DNA of 63,434 nt, filler included, from an uncultured Rhodopirellula sp. (lineage in GTDB: Bacteria > Planctomycetota > Planctomycetia > Pirellulales > Pirellulaceae): assembly GCA_964007735.1 (NCBI GenBank). It is 4 parts of 4 records of this genome, joined end to end, with 100 filler letters (N's around TTAATTAATTAA, not from the genome) between each part and the next. Parts side by side here need not be neighbours in the genome. Positions count along the whole stretch, not along the records: positions 49,065 to 63,434 come from CAXGAI010000075.1; 3 more parts are not named here. The stretch is one strand, 5' to 3'. The notes below the pieces were generated by a model that was not told the DNA's origin, made no database searches, and saw only the letters and a list, made by a program, of their open reading frames with translations. Below are positions 50,205-61,400 of the stretch, piece after piece. The position numbers and the translations under genes are program-made. The first letter of the stretch is position 1. Each line of letters begins with the position of its first letter.

Positions 50205-51590
50205 ATGTCGTTGATTAGCAGAATACTTATCGTCTTCTTCCTAATGCCTCTGGCTGTGCAGGCACAGCCCGTCGGTAAGTTGTTGGATTTACGAGCGTAC
50301 GGTCTGAATATTCCGCCCGGTAAAGTGATTGCTTCGCAGGGCCAGAATGTCCTGACAATGGATGAGTTTGGCAAGTCGGTTGTCGGAAAAGTGCATGTAA
50401 CTGTTGGCAACTATCACATTGTGCTATTGCCGGATGGGCAATTAGTAGGACGATCGATAACGGAGACTAAGGAGACGAATAGGCCGTTTACCGGTGCGGA
50501 TAAGCAGCAACTTGGTAATTTGTTGAAGCAACAGGTGTTTACGGGTTTTAAAGTGCGGAAGAGTGGGCGTTATGTCTACCTTTATAACACTAGTGATGCT
50601 TTCGCTCAGGCTACCAGCCAAATCCTCGAAAAGATGGCTCCTGGCATTCTTGGATATATGAGAAATCTGGAATTACAAGTTCATGAACCAGAAGTTCCGC
50701 TTGTAGTGGTGATGTTTGCAACGGAGGCTGAATTTCAGCGTTATCGAAGTACGCCCCGGGGAATAGTTGCGTATTACCACACGCTAACGAATCGGGTGGT
50801 TATGTACGAAGAGTCTCGGTTTTCGGAACTCAAACCTGAGTTGGCGATTAAACAAAAGATCAATACAGTGGCTCATGAAGGAGTTCATCAACTATTGCAT
50901 AACGTTGGGGTTCAGACCAGAACATCACAATGGCCAATGTGGCTTACTGAAGGGATCGCTGAATATCTATCCCCGACCAGTACCGGTCAATATATGCGTT
51001 GGAAAGGCGCAGGGACGGTCAATGATTTCAGGATGTTTGAACTCGAACAATTTCTTAAAAGCACCGAGCTGCTTTCCAAGTCGCCGGGGACCTGGATGGA
51101 GGGGTTGATTAGTTCCCATCAGCTAGATTCGCAGGGTTATGCATCCGCTTGGTTATTGACGCATTATCTGGCGAAGCTAAGACCGATGCAATTCAGGACG
51201 TACATTCAGGAATTACAACGACTTGGCCCCCTTGATGGTAGTTATCGTCTCTCGGCGGAAGGAAGGATTCCTCAGCATCTGGACTTGTTTGCTAAGCATT
51301 ATCAAATCGAACTGGCTGAATTAGAAACACGACTTGTACCGTATGTTAATAAGCTCCCTTATAAAGATCCGTTCATTGAATGGCCGCACGTGACCTTGTT
51401 GTTGCGGTTTCAGGGTCCGCGGGGCGTGCAAATGCTTGGCAATGTGTTCCATGACAATGAGATTGCTGACAAATGGCTTGCCAAGACTTTAACGCAGCTA
51501 AAGTTGAGCAGGGACCAGGTGCAGGTACAGAGAAAAGTCTTCCCGAACAGAGTGCTGGCCGAGCGATACGTGCGAACGTCAGTGAATTAA
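50205..51590 (+). CDS. DUF1570 family zincin-like protein
   Basis: Signal peptide; AHEGVHQLLHNVG (HExxH), WPMWLTEGIAEY, YASAWLLTHYL. Confidence 0.82.
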   Translation: MSLISRILIVFFLMPLAVQAQPVGKLLDLRAYGLNIPPGKVIASQGQNVLTMDEFGKSVVGKVHVTVGNYHIVLLPDGQLVGRSITETKETNRPFTGADKQQLGNLLKQQVFTGFKVRKSGRYVYLYNTSDAFAQATSQILEKMAPGILGYMRNLELQVHEPEVPLVVVMFATEAEFQRYRSTPRGIVAYYHTLTNRVVMYEESRFSELKPELAIKQKINTVAHEGVHQLLHNVGVQTRTSQWPMWLTEGIAEYLSPTSTGQYMRWKGAGTVNDFRMFELEQFLKSTELLSKSPGTWMEGLISSHQLDSQGYASAWLLTHYLAKLRPMQFRTYIQELQRLGPLDGSYRLSAEGRIPQHLDLFAKHYQIELAELETRLVPYVNKLPYKDPFIEWPHVTLLLRFQGPRGVQMLGNVFHDNEIADKWLAKTLTQLKLSRDQVQVQRKVFPNRVLAERYVRTSVN

Positions 51591-51610
51591 GGTACGGTGT
51601 CCGATCGCTA

Positions 51611-52585
51611 ATGTGGTTTCATTTAAATGGGGAATTGTTCTGGTTAGGTACCGTACCATATTGGGTGATACTGTTTAGCGCACTACTGATACGCAAACGA
51701 CGGGGTATCGGTATCTATTTGGCGCTTTCGGCTGTTGTTTTACTTTTTCTTTCGGACGTTATTCATTGGGTTATTTATCAGCAAACCAAAATCCCGTTAT
51801 CAGGCACATGGCGAGAGGGCGGTGTCTTCTTCTATGGCTTAGCGATGACCTTGTATCAGGCCTTTCCAATGGGGTTGCTATATCTTTACAGCCGCTGTAG
51901 TGACGTTCCGGTGAAAAAGCAAGGGCATATGAATCGGGGTAGAGTTAACCCGCATTCGCTGGCAGATCATAACGGTAAACGCTGGCTTGTGCTTTCTGCT
52001 GTGTCGTTTATCCTTCCATTCGGTCTGCTGACAGGGCCGTGTGGCGTTACCCATACCTGGTGGCGTATGCATGAAATGGATATGGGACGAGTCAATCCGC
52101 GTGGCCGGGGCCTATTAGCCCTAGCACAGGTAGTTTTCGGTATGAGTTGGTTGTCGGGGTATTTCCTGTTGGCGGTGTTCATCTGTGGGTTTCGTTTTTA
52201 CGCCTCTGAGATTCTCTCGTTTCTCGGGTACCCACCAGTCTTGCCCCCCTTTTGGGATGCCTGTGTCTTTTATTTTGCATCCGCTTTGATGGTGATGAGT
52301 TTTTGGCTCGCTATGATGATAGTCGCCATTTATCGGAGATCTTATTCACGGGTGGGTTCACTCGGACAAATGGCAGGGATAGCGATTCTCTGCATAGGGC
52401 TGATTTGGCAGGTGACAAGTTCGGTGCAAGGAGAGTTTCATGAGTCCCCGGCCGTTGTCTATCCACTCGAGGGCCTCTGGCTGGTTGTTGTAGGCTGGGT
52501 CGGATGGGTGGCTAGTCTTTCCGGTGTACATGAGGTCCCGGGACTGGAATCGCCCCCGGGAAAGACAGGGAAGCCGATGAGGTAG
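51611..52585 (+). CDS. multi-pass membrane protein, hypothetical
   Basis: About nine hydrophobic segments; start placed after the upstream stop. Confidence 0.55.
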   Translation: MWFHLNGELFWLGTVPYWVILFSALLIRKRRGIGIYLALSAVVLLFLSDVIHWVIYQQTKIPLSGTWREGGVFFYGLAMTLYQAFPMGLLYLYSRCSDVPVKKQGHMNRGRVNPHSLADHNGKRWLVLSAVSFILPFGLLTGPCGVTHTWWRMHEMDMGRVNPRGRGLLALAQVVFGMSWLSGYFLLAVFICGFRFYASEILSFLGYPPVLPPFWDACVFYFASALMVMSFWLAMMIVAIYRRSYSRVGSLGQMAGIAILCIGLIWQVTSSVQGEFHESPAVVYPLEGLWLVVVGWVGWVASLSGVHEVPGLESPPGKTGKPMR

Positions 52586-52691
52586 TGAGAGATTCAAACA
52601 CAAGGTTGATGTCTGTTTGAGTCTGTTTTCAAATTAGAAGAACAGACAGACGGTAACAACCATCGCCGACAGGAGATTTGCCGTTGGCTAT

Positions 52692-53123
52692 TTATGTATG
52701 AAGTTTTTCTAATGCCAGTGATTTGATGCGGCCAATCATAGAATTAAGGCCATTGGATCGGGAACGACTAATGTGTTGTCGTAAATCGATCGCTTCAAAA
52801 ACGTCGTTGATGTCCAATTGGAGTATTTCGTCAGCAGACTTGTCGCTGAATAGCATGATTACTAAACAAACCAGACCTTTAACAAGTTGAGAGTCGCTAT
52901 CAGCTCGATAATAGTAGCTTCCATCTTCGGTCTCTTCGATCACAAGCCAAACGCTGCTAAGACACCCCTGGACGCGATTTTCCTCGGTTTGGTATTTCGC
53001 TTCTAACGGTGGCATGGAGTTGCCGGTTTCGATAATGTAACGATAGCGTTCTTCCCAGTCATCGAAGAGTTCAAATTCTTCGATGAGCTCTTCAGCGGAA
53101 ATGGATTCGACTCGATTGGACAC
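52692..53123 (-). CDS. sufE: SufE family sulfur-transfer protein
   Basis: DWEERYRYIIETG, VQGCLSSVW, ADSDSQLVKGL, SRSNGL. Confidence 0.93.
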   Translation of the reverse strand: MSNRVESISAEELIEEFELFDDWEERYRYIIETGNSMPPLEAKYQTEENRVQGCLSSVWLVIEETEDGSYYYRADSDSQLVKGLVCLVIMLFSDKSADEILQLDINDVFEAIDLRQHISRSRSNGLNSMIGRIKSLALEKLHT

Positions 53124-53211
53124 TTAGGAAGACCTCGGGCGATTGATGCTATCGAATAATTGTTAGAACAGCTTTTATTTTCACACAGAACATGATTCGT
53201 GCAACCGCTAA

Positions 53212-53772
53212 CTAGTCTCCATGTTTTTCGCGTAGTCGTGGTGAAGTGCGACAGATTAACTGAATCCGTTCAAACTCCTGAAGCCAGTCCTGAATTACCT
53301 GTTCATGCACATTGTCCCCAGGTGTGACCATCCCTGTGCTACATGCGGCGCCAGTGATCGTTTCGGCCATCGCTCGGTATTTTGAAATGGTTCTATCACC
53401 ATAGTGTCCCACGTACTGCATATCTTCGTTGAAAAATAAAACCTGAGGGACACGTGCACCACCGCAAATGGTTAAGTTCTTCTTGAGCTCCGGGAACGTG
53501 TCGCGGTCGAGAAATCGCAAATTAATACATTTAGCAGCTTCAGCAAAACGCTGCAGGATTGGACATTGGACAACACAGTCTCCACACCAGGCGCCGGCAA
53601 AAACCAAGACATTCATTTCCCGTACAAACGAGACCAGTAGTTCACTTTGTTCGCGGTTCAATTCGGATTGTTCATAAACCTGTTCCCATCGACGCTGATC
53701 TCCCTCGTGGCCGTGCTGCTCGAGGAATTGCTGATAGGTGAGACTGTCGGGGAAAAAATCGGCTGGATTCAT
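53212..53772 (-). CDS. thioredoxin family protein (Thioredoxin_9-like)
   Basis: AGAWCGDC, GGARVP. Start reassigned to ATG 53772. Confidence 0.85.
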   Translation of the reverse strand: MNPADFFPDSLTYQQFLEQHGHEGDQRRWEQVYEQSELNREQSELLVSFVREMNVLVFAGAWCGDCVVQCPILQRFAEAAKCINLRFLDRDTFPELKKNLTICGGARVPQVLFFNEDMQYVGHYGDRTISKYRAMAETITGAACSTGMVTPGDNVHEQVIQDWLQEFERIQLICRTSPRLREKHGD

Positions 53773-53809
53773 GGTAACTCGTTTGGAAAAAAGTATAGGT
53801 GTTTGAGGG

Positions 53810-54424
53810 TTATCGAATTTTGTTGTTGAGATCGCGAATCTGACTGTGCACCTGGCTGGACGCCCGAACAACAAGCAGTCGCAAAGGCGGATAATAGACG
53901 ATGACTCCCGGTCCGCCATGGAGCCTCCAATGCTCTGGCGCGATAGTTCGTTGAATTAATGCTACCAAGTGTGGACCGTAATCCGGTAGGTTGGCACCGG
54001 CACGCGGAGCCAGAAACTCTCGTGCTCCGCCGGCCGAACGTGATGTGGCTTCCAGATGACGCTCCAGTGTCGATTGCAATCTGTCGGATGTAGTGCGATC
54101 AGGCGGCATCAGATTGCGCGAGATGCGAATTTCGAGTTGCCGCAGAACCTTTATGAGTCGGGCTCTTACCTTGACACGAAATTGATTGAGTGTGGGGCTT
54201 AGTCTAATCCGTGAGTCACTTGAAAGTTCTCCATAGAGTCTCGCTAGTTCAACGACGGCTAATTCATGATGACCTGATGTTTTCGCAGTGGCTTCGGCAA
54301 TCATCCATTGGGAAACTTCCTGATCGTAGTCGTTGATGGACTTCTGTTCCGGCACTTGACCCCATGCGTTGGCACAAAAAAGTAAGGAAAGTAACGTTAG
54401 TGTTGATCGGTGAAATTTGGGCAT
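53810..54424 (-). CDS. secreted hypothetical protein
   Basis: Signal peptide; C-terminal LIQRTIAPEHWRLHGGPG..LLVVRAS..VHSQI module. Confidence 0.6.
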   Translation of the reverse strand: MPKFHRSTLTLLSLLFCANAWGQVPEQKSINDYDQEVSQWMIAEATAKTSGHHELAVVELARLYGELSSDSRIRLSPTLNQFRVKVRARLIKVLRQLEIRISRNLMPPDRTTSDRLQSTLERHLEATSRSAGGAREFLAPRAGANLPDYGPHLVALIQRTIAPEHWRLHGGPGVIVYYPPLRLLVVRASSQVHSQIRDLNNKIR

Positions 54425-54627
54425 GGAGTTAAGTGCAGTGAGGGGGTGGCGGGTATTTACTAATGGTAGGAAAATAAAGCTAAAACGCAACCGTTCAAGG
54501 TAGAGTTGCAGGGTTTCTCTGTTTGAGAGAAGTAGTTCGTTCTGGTAACTTAGTTAGTGTCTGAATGTTGCCGGAAATGGCACGTAGAGATACGCGGATC
54601 ACCCTTATTAATGAAACGACATAGCCA

Positions 54628-56004
54628 ATGCTAAACCTTACCAGCAATGCTAAAGCACATACTTGTGACGGGGTCTCCAGACGAGATTTTATTCAGGTTG
54701 GGAGCCTCGGGGCGGTCGGATTATCTTTGCCGCAATTAGTGGAGGCACAGGAAACGGGTGCCGTTCAGGATAAACACGACGACAGAAATGTCATCATGAT
54801 TTTCAATTTAGGTGCTCCGAGTCAAATCGACACCTTTGACCCGAAACCTGATGCGGCCGCGGAGATTCGTGGTCCGTTTCAGCCGATCCAGACGGCTTCT
54901 CCGGAGATGACCCTGACGGAGATACTGCCACGACATGCGAAGATCGCAGATAAGTTCTCTCTCGTCAGAAGTGTTTACCATTCCGGAGCTGCCGTTCATG
55001 ATACGGGGCACCAAATGATGCAAACCGGACGACTTTTTAGTGGTGGGATTAACACTCCCCATGCCGGTTGTGCATTATCGTACTTGCGGGGACGTAAGAC
55101 AGATCTGCCGGCCCACGCCATTTTACCTGAGCCTATGGGGTCCACCGGTGGAAATCTCCCTCATGGTCAGGATGCCGGGTTTCTTGGAAAATCATTCGAT
55201 CCCTTCGTGTTAAATGCGGACCCTTCTAAGAAGGATTTCAAAGTCCCCGATTTGTTACCACCGCCTGAAATTGGGGAAGCGCGGCTGAACCGCCGTCGAA
55301 AGCTGCGCGATGTCGTAGAGGATACGGTTAAGGAATTTGAGAATAGTGAAAATGCGGAGTTGCTTGGATCGAATTTCGAAGCGGCGTTCCGTTTGATGAC
55401 CAGTCCGGCTGCCCGCGAAGCGTTTGATTTGAGCAAAGAACCTGAAAAGGTACGACAAAGATATGGCTTAAATCGGTTTGGACAGTGTTGCCTTTTATCG
55501 CGTCGTTTGATTGAGGCAGGTGTGCGATTTGTGACCGTGAATACCTTCTTGACCGTCTTCAATGAAATTACATGGGATATTCACGGTAGTAATCCGTTTA
55601 CATCGATTGCGGGTATGAAAGACATCGTAGCGCCTATGTATGACCAGGCTTATTCGGCGCTTATTGAAGATCTAGAGGAGCGCGGATTGTTGGAGAATAC
55701 ACTCGTCTGTAATCTTGCTGAATTTGGAAGGACACCGCGGGTCAACCCGGCAGGTGGTCGCGATCACTGGCCTCAGTGCTACAGCGTTTATTTCGCAGGT
55801 GGTGGAGTACGGGGTGGACAGGTGGTGGGTGCCAGTGACCCTAACGGAGGCTTTCCTGCAGAGCGGGCTGTTGATCCCGCCAACGTGGTGGCGACTATCT
55901 ATCACAGCCTCGGGTTCGATCTCGATACGATGCTTCCCGGACCCAATGGCCGCCCCTTCCCTCTGGTGGATTTCGGTAAGGATGCAATCACTGAATTGTT
56001 CTAA
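54628..56004 (+). CDS. DUF1501 family protein with Tat signal
   Basis: SRRDFIQVG Tat motif; GAPSQIDTFDPKP, CLLSRRLIEAGVRFV, WDIH, EFGRTP, GRDHWP. Confidence 0.92.
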   Translation: MLNLTSNAKAHTCDGVSRRDFIQVGSLGAVGLSLPQLVEAQETGAVQDKHDDRNVIMIFNLGAPSQIDTFDPKPDAAAEIRGPFQPIQTASPEMTLTEILPRHAKIADKFSLVRSVYHSGAAVHDTGHQMMQTGRLFSGGINTPHAGCALSYLRGRKTDLPAHAILPEPMGSTGGNLPHGQDAGFLGKSFDPFVLNADPSKKDFKVPDLLPPPEIGEARLNRRRKLRDVVEDTVKEFENSENAELLGSNFEAAFRLMTSPAAREAFDLSKEPEKVRQRYGLNRFGQCCLLSRRLIEAGVRFVTVNTFLTVFNEITWDIHGSNPFTSIAGMKDIVAPMYDQAYSALIEDLEERGLLENTLVCNLAEFGRTPRVNPAGGRDHWPQCYSVYFAGGGVRGGQVVGASDPNGGFPAERAVDPANVVATIYHSLGFDLDTMLPGPNGRPFPLVDFGKDAITELF

Positions 56005-56009
56005 GCGGT

Positions 56010-58481
56010 ATGCAAAAAATTCCCCGTAAAATTAATAGATTCGAACCGCTGAAGCTTTTAGTTGGCTTGTTGCTGCTGTTCGTATTTACGTCGATTGGTG
56101 CTGCTGTGGAATTGAAACTCTACCCGGCGTCCGTACGCCTGCATCATCAAGAGTCTTCTCAGCGGATTGTTGTTCAATATCAAGACGAAGTAGTTGCAGG
56201 GCAGGTGCGAGAAGGGTTGAAGCTTGAGGTTGAGAATCCGAAAGTTGCAATTCTCGAAGGTGAGTTTGTTAAACCCGTGATGGACGGCGAGACCCACCTG
56301 ATTGCCACACTGGGCGATTTGACAAAGCGAATCCCGGTTAAGGTGAGCGGGCAAAGTCAGGAATTCCGTTGGAGTTTCCGTAATCACGTCGAATCGGTGC
56401 TGTCCAAGGCCGGTTGCAACGGAGGAGCATGCCATGGCGCCCGGGCAGGTCAAAACGGTTTTCGCTTAACGCTCTTTGGCTTCGATTTGGCTGCAGATTA
56501 CTCGTATCTCACACGGCAGGCTAGGGGACGACGCATTGTCCCTAGTGATCCGGGACGCAGCTTGTTGCTGACGAAACCGACAGGCGCTCTGCCTCACAAG
56601 GGGGGAGTGCGACTGGATGTTAACGAAATCGAGTATAGAGTCTTGGCCGAGTGGATCGCTGCCGGGGCACCGGGGCCCGGAAATGATGACCCTGTTATTG
56701 AAACATTAGAGGTCCTTCCTCCTCTGACAACCCAGAAAGTCGGAGCGACACAACAACTCGTGGTGATGGCCCACTTTAGTGATGGCCACGCGGAAGATGT
56801 TACTCGCTGGGCAAAATATACTAGCGTCGATTTGAATGTTGCTAATGTCGGTAAACATGGAGAGGTGAAATTTGTGGGTGCCGGGGAAGGCGCTATTAAA
56901 GTATGGTACCTCAATCTAAATGCGCTCAATTTCAATACAGTGCGTTTCAACGAGGAACTATTAGGCGGCGAACCGCCGCAGCAAAATAATTTTATCGACG
57001 AGATTGTTAATCGCAAGCTTGCAGACCTTAGAGTGCCCGTTTCACCCCTCTGTGACGATCCTACATTTATTCGCCGGCTGTATGTCGATTCAATGGGGGT
57101 CTTACCTACTCCGGAAGAGTATCGGGCTTTTCTTGCCGATACGCGTCCGTCAGATGTAAAGCGTGCAGCACTGATAGACGAGGTGTTAAGCCGTCCGGAG
57201 TTCGTGGATTACTGGGCTTACAAATGGTCAGATTTACTGTTGGTGACGGGGGCTAGATTGCGTCCCGCCGCCGTGGAGGCGTATTACAAGTGGATTCGCG
57301 AACGGGTTGCTGATAATACGCCGTGGGATGTTATGGTGCGTGATGTGGTAACAGCAAGTGGTAGTGCATTAGAAAACGGTGCAGCAAACTTCTACGCTTT
57401 ACATCAATCACCAGAAGAGATGGCGGAGACGGTCGCTCAGGCTTTCATGGGACTCAGTATTAACTGTGCAAAATGCCATAATCATCCGCTCGAAAAGTGG
57501 ACGAACGACCAGTATTACGGTATGGCGAATATGTTCTCTCGTGTTCGTGCTAAAGGCTGGGGTGGAGATTTCCGTAGTGGCGATGGAAACCGGATTGTCT
57601 TTTCCGATACCCAGGGTGAACTGATCCAGCCAAGCACAGGGAAGCCTCAGCCCCCACGGCCGTTGGACGCAGAGGCATTGCCGTTTGCTGACACTGGGGA
57701 CAGGCGGATTACTTTATCGAAATGGCTCACCTCAAGTGAAAATGCCTATTTCGCAAAATCGATCACTAATCGGGTTTGGGCCAATTATCTAGGTGTGGGT
57801 CTGGTGGAGCCGGTCGACGATATGCGAGTGACCAATCCGGCAAGTAATCAGGAACTGCTGGATCGGGCTTCCGAATATTTAGTGGAACACGAATTTGATT
57901 TGAAACAGTTGATGCGCGTATTTCTAAACTCGGCGACTTATCAACGGTCGAGTGTAGCCGTCGAAGGCAATGTTGGTGACAGGCGTTTCTATTCACGTTA
58001 TTATCCCCGCAGACTCAAGGCGGAAGTCCTATTGGATGCGGTCTCGCAGGTGACGGGGGTTTCGAGCGTCTTCCAGGATCGTGAGCCAGGGACACGAGCA
58101 TTACAGTTACCCGACAGCAGTATCGATAGCTACTTCCTCTCTACATTCGGCCGGCCGGAACGAATTATTACCTGTGAATGCGAGCGGACTGATGAGCCCA
58201 GCGTCACTCAGGTGTTGCACTTGTACAACGGCGATACGTTGAATCACAAACTTCAATCGAAGGAGGGACATGTCGAGAAACTCTTTACACAAAAAACTCT
58301 CCCTGCGGACGCGATCAAGGCAGCCTATGTGGAAGCTTTGGCCCGGGAGCCAACTGAATTAGAGTTGCAACGTTTGGTTGCTATTTTTGATTCGGAGTCC
58401 AACCCAGCTGAAAAGCGATTGGTTTTAGAGGATCTTTATTGGTCCTTACTGACTTCCAAAGAGTTTATTTTCAACCATTAG
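56010..58481 (+). CDS. DUF1549/DUF1553 protein with Ig-like domains
   Basis: GCNGGACHG, NNFIDE, FIRRLYVD, CAKCHNHP, NRVWANYLGVGLVEPVDD, FGRPER..CECER, SKEFIFNH. Confidence 0.92.
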   Translation: MQKIPRKINRFEPLKLLVGLLLLFVFTSIGAAVELKLYPASVRLHHQESSQRIVVQYQDEVVAGQVREGLKLEVENPKVAILEGEFVKPVMDGETHLIATLGDLTKRIPVKVSGQSQEFRWSFRNHVESVLSKAGCNGGACHGARAGQNGFRLTLFGFDLAADYSYLTRQARGRRIVPSDPGRSLLLTKPTGALPHKGGVRLDVNEIEYRVLAEWIAAGAPGPGNDDPVIETLEVLPPLTTQKVGATQQLVVMAHFSDGHAEDVTRWAKYTSVDLNVANVGKHGEVKFVGAGEGAIKVWYLNLNALNFNTVRFNEELLGGEPPQQNNFIDEIVNRKLADLRVPVSPLCDDPTFIRRLYVDSMGVLPTPEEYRAFLADTRPSDVKRAALIDEVLSRPEFVDYWAYKWSDLLLVTGARLRPAAVEAYYKWIRERVADNTPWDVMVRDVVTASGSALENGAANFYALHQSPEEMAETVAQAFMGLSINCAKCHNHPLEKWTNDQYYGMANMFSRVRAKGWGGDFRSGDGNRIVFSDTQGELIQPSTGKPQPPRPLDAEALPFADTGDRRITLSKWLTSSENAYFAKSITNRVWANYLGVGLVEPVDDMRVTNPASNQELLDRASEYLVEHEFDLKQLMRVFLNSATYQRSSVAVEGNVGDRRFYSRYYPRRLKAEVLLDAVSQVTGVSSVFQDREPGTRALQLPDSSIDSYFLSTFGRPERIITCECERTDEPSVTQVLHLYNGDTLNHKLQSKEGHVEKLFTQKTLPADAIKAAYVEALAREPTELELQRLVAIFDSESNPAEKRLVLEDLYWSLLTSKEFIFNH

Positions 58482-58499
58482 AAAGGATGGCACGGCGTA

Positions 58500-61400
58500 A
58501 TGAATAAAGTTGTTTATGCATTTTTGTTTGCTGCTCTTGGTACCAATCTTTTCGGTCAGACTGAACAAGGTAGCGCTGAGCCTGAGTTTAATGCAGCGAT
58601 TGCTCCAATCCTCACGAAGTACTGCGTTGCGTGCCATAATGCAGAAGATGCAGAGGGTGGTCTTAGCCTCGAAACTTTCAACGAATTGATGAAGGGAGGC
58701 AAAGGCGGGGCAATATTACTGCCGGGTCGAGCGGATTTGAGCAGGCTGGTGAGAGTGATCAGCGGTGCGGCAAAGCCTAAAATGCCCCCGGAGGGAAATG
58801 AAGTTCCGACGGCAAGTGAGTTGGAGGTATTAAAAAACTGGATTTCCGCTGGCGCTAAGGGGCCAAACGGTTCGGTTGTCAAACCGATGCTGATTACCCC
58901 CAAAATTGAACTACTAGGCAAGGCGCGTGACCCCATTAATTCTGTGGCGGTTAGCCCAGACGGAAGCCTGCTGGCGATTGCACAGTACGGTCGTGTCGAG
59001 ATTAAGAGGCTTGAGGATGGCACGCAGGTGGCATTGCTAGACGGTTTGACGGGAGTCGTCAACGGAGTGTCATTCAGCAGGGACGGATCGTTGGTAATCG
59101 CCGGTTCCGGTGAAACCGGACTATTTGGAGAAGTATCGCTGTTTAGGACCGCTGACTGGTCGCTGGTGCGCAAGTCTCGGGGACACCGTGATAGCGTTTA
59201 TGCAGTACAAATTTCACCAGATAATACCTTGGTTGCTTCAGTGGGATATGATAAGCGACTTATTGTCTGGGACCTGGTAGACGGTTCCAAGCGACGGGAG
59301 GTGCAAGGGCATAATGGACCTGTCTATGACCTTGCCTTTCATCCGAGTGGAAAAATGGTGGCCACTGCCAGCGGTGATCGCACGGTGAAACTTTGGGATT
59401 TGGGCACGGGAAAAAGGCTGGAGACCCTGAAGGAGTCTCAGAAGGAACTCTACTGTGTTGCCATTGCACCCGATGGTAAAACGCTTTCCGCGGCAGGTGT
59501 CGATAATCGAATTCGTACTTGGAGTCTGAGCAACGATTTCAAAGAGGGAACCAATGTGCTGTTGACTAGCGTTTATGCCCATGAATTGGCCATTGTGGAT
59601 ATCGCGTATTCCGCGGATGGCCGTCGGTTGCTCAGCGCGGGTGAAGATAATTTGGTCAAGCTTTGGGATACTTCATTGATGGCGAATGTTGCTTCCTACA
59701 AATCGGAATCTGACTGGGTGTCAGCAGTCTCCCCGATTGTGAGTCACGGGTTTGTAGCCGGTCGCCTGGATGGAAGCGTGGATGTTTACCAAACGGGCGC
59801 TGGACAGACCGGCGAGGTGTTTAACCCTCAGATCTTGGACGATTTCATGCCTTTGGTTACATATGAGAACGTGACGCCTCGAGAGGAAATTCCTGCCATT
59901 CAGGAAATCGAGCCTAATGATTCCGTGGCCGATGCTCAAGTCATTTCATTACCAGCTAAGTTTCAGGGTAAGATCTTCAATTCCGAAATGGAGCGTTCGA
60001 CAGTCTGGATCGAGGACGATTTGTTTGGCTTTGATGCAGTCGCTGGCGATCAATGGATCTTTGAGGTGAATGCAGGTCGTAATAAATCGATGTTGGACTC
60101 CAAAATCGAAATCTTAGATGCTCAAGGTGCTCCGGTTCCTCGTGTTGTGCTAGGTTCTGTCCGAGATAGCCTGATTGAGTTTCGATCGGTCAGTTCAGAC
60201 CAGAAAGGGTTCCGATTTGCCAATTATGATGAGACTCGTCTAGATGAATATCTATACGTGAACGGAGAAGTCCTTAAGCATTTTCGACAGCGTCGCGGAC
60301 CTGACTCCGATTCTTTGTTCTATCCGGAGAATGGTTCACGTCAGGGATACTTTGATACGACTCCACGTTCACATCCACTCGGACAGGTTGCTTATGTAGT
60401 AAAACCGTATCCAGTCGGCACGGTGGTACCAGATAATGGGCTGCCTGTTTTCACGGTTAATTACGAAAATGATGATTCGTCGGATCGTCAACAGGGCAGT
60501 GATTCGAAGTTGCATTTCGCGGCTCCCGCGGACGGGCGGTTTTTTTTACGCTTGAGTGATGTTCGTGACCATCATGGCGATGCGTTTCATTATGAGGTCA
60601 TTGCACGACGTCCTGAGCCCTCTTATGAAACTTCGGTTAGTGGTGGGAATCCTACCGTCAATCGGGGTGGTGGGAAAGCGTTTACCGTCTCGGCAAACCG
60701 GATTGATGGTTATAACGGTCCTATTGAAATCCAGATCGCCAACCTTCCACCGGGATTTACCGTGACCTCGCCTCTCGTGATTCAGGCGGGGCACACCCAG
60801 GTCCGGGGGGTAGTGCACGCTCATGCGTACGCGCGTGCTCCGGAAGGGAATCAATGGGGCATGATTACGTCCAAAGCAATGATCGCCGGACAGGAAGTCA
60901 TCAAAGACGGTGGCCTGCTTGGTGAGCTAAAGATTGCCGATGCTTCCAAGGTCGTTGCGCATCTGACGCCAATCACGGTTGAAGACCGACCTGTCACTGA
61001 ATTTTGGAGTCGTCACGACCGTAAATTTCAAGTGTTGACGCCAACGGATTGGCTAGCAGAGGGCAAAACGGAGTTGGTTAAACAGGAGGATCAGTCCTTG
61101 CTCGCAACGGGAGAAACCCCGGATAACGATCTTTACAGCGTTAAATATGCTCTGCACGAGGGAAAAATAAATAGTATTCGTCTGGACGTCCTCGGAGATG
61201 AGACCTTGCCAGCAGGGGCCCCGGGCCGTAATCCTGAAAATGGAAATTTCGTTTTGAGCGAACTGGACTTGTATCTCGTCGACCCTGCCAATCCAGCAGC
61301 AAAGCAGAAAATACAGGTTGCCTCCGTTTTTGCCGATTTTACCCAGGCAGGTTTTAAGTCGGAATGGATTGTTGATGGAAATCCGGATACAGCATGGGCA

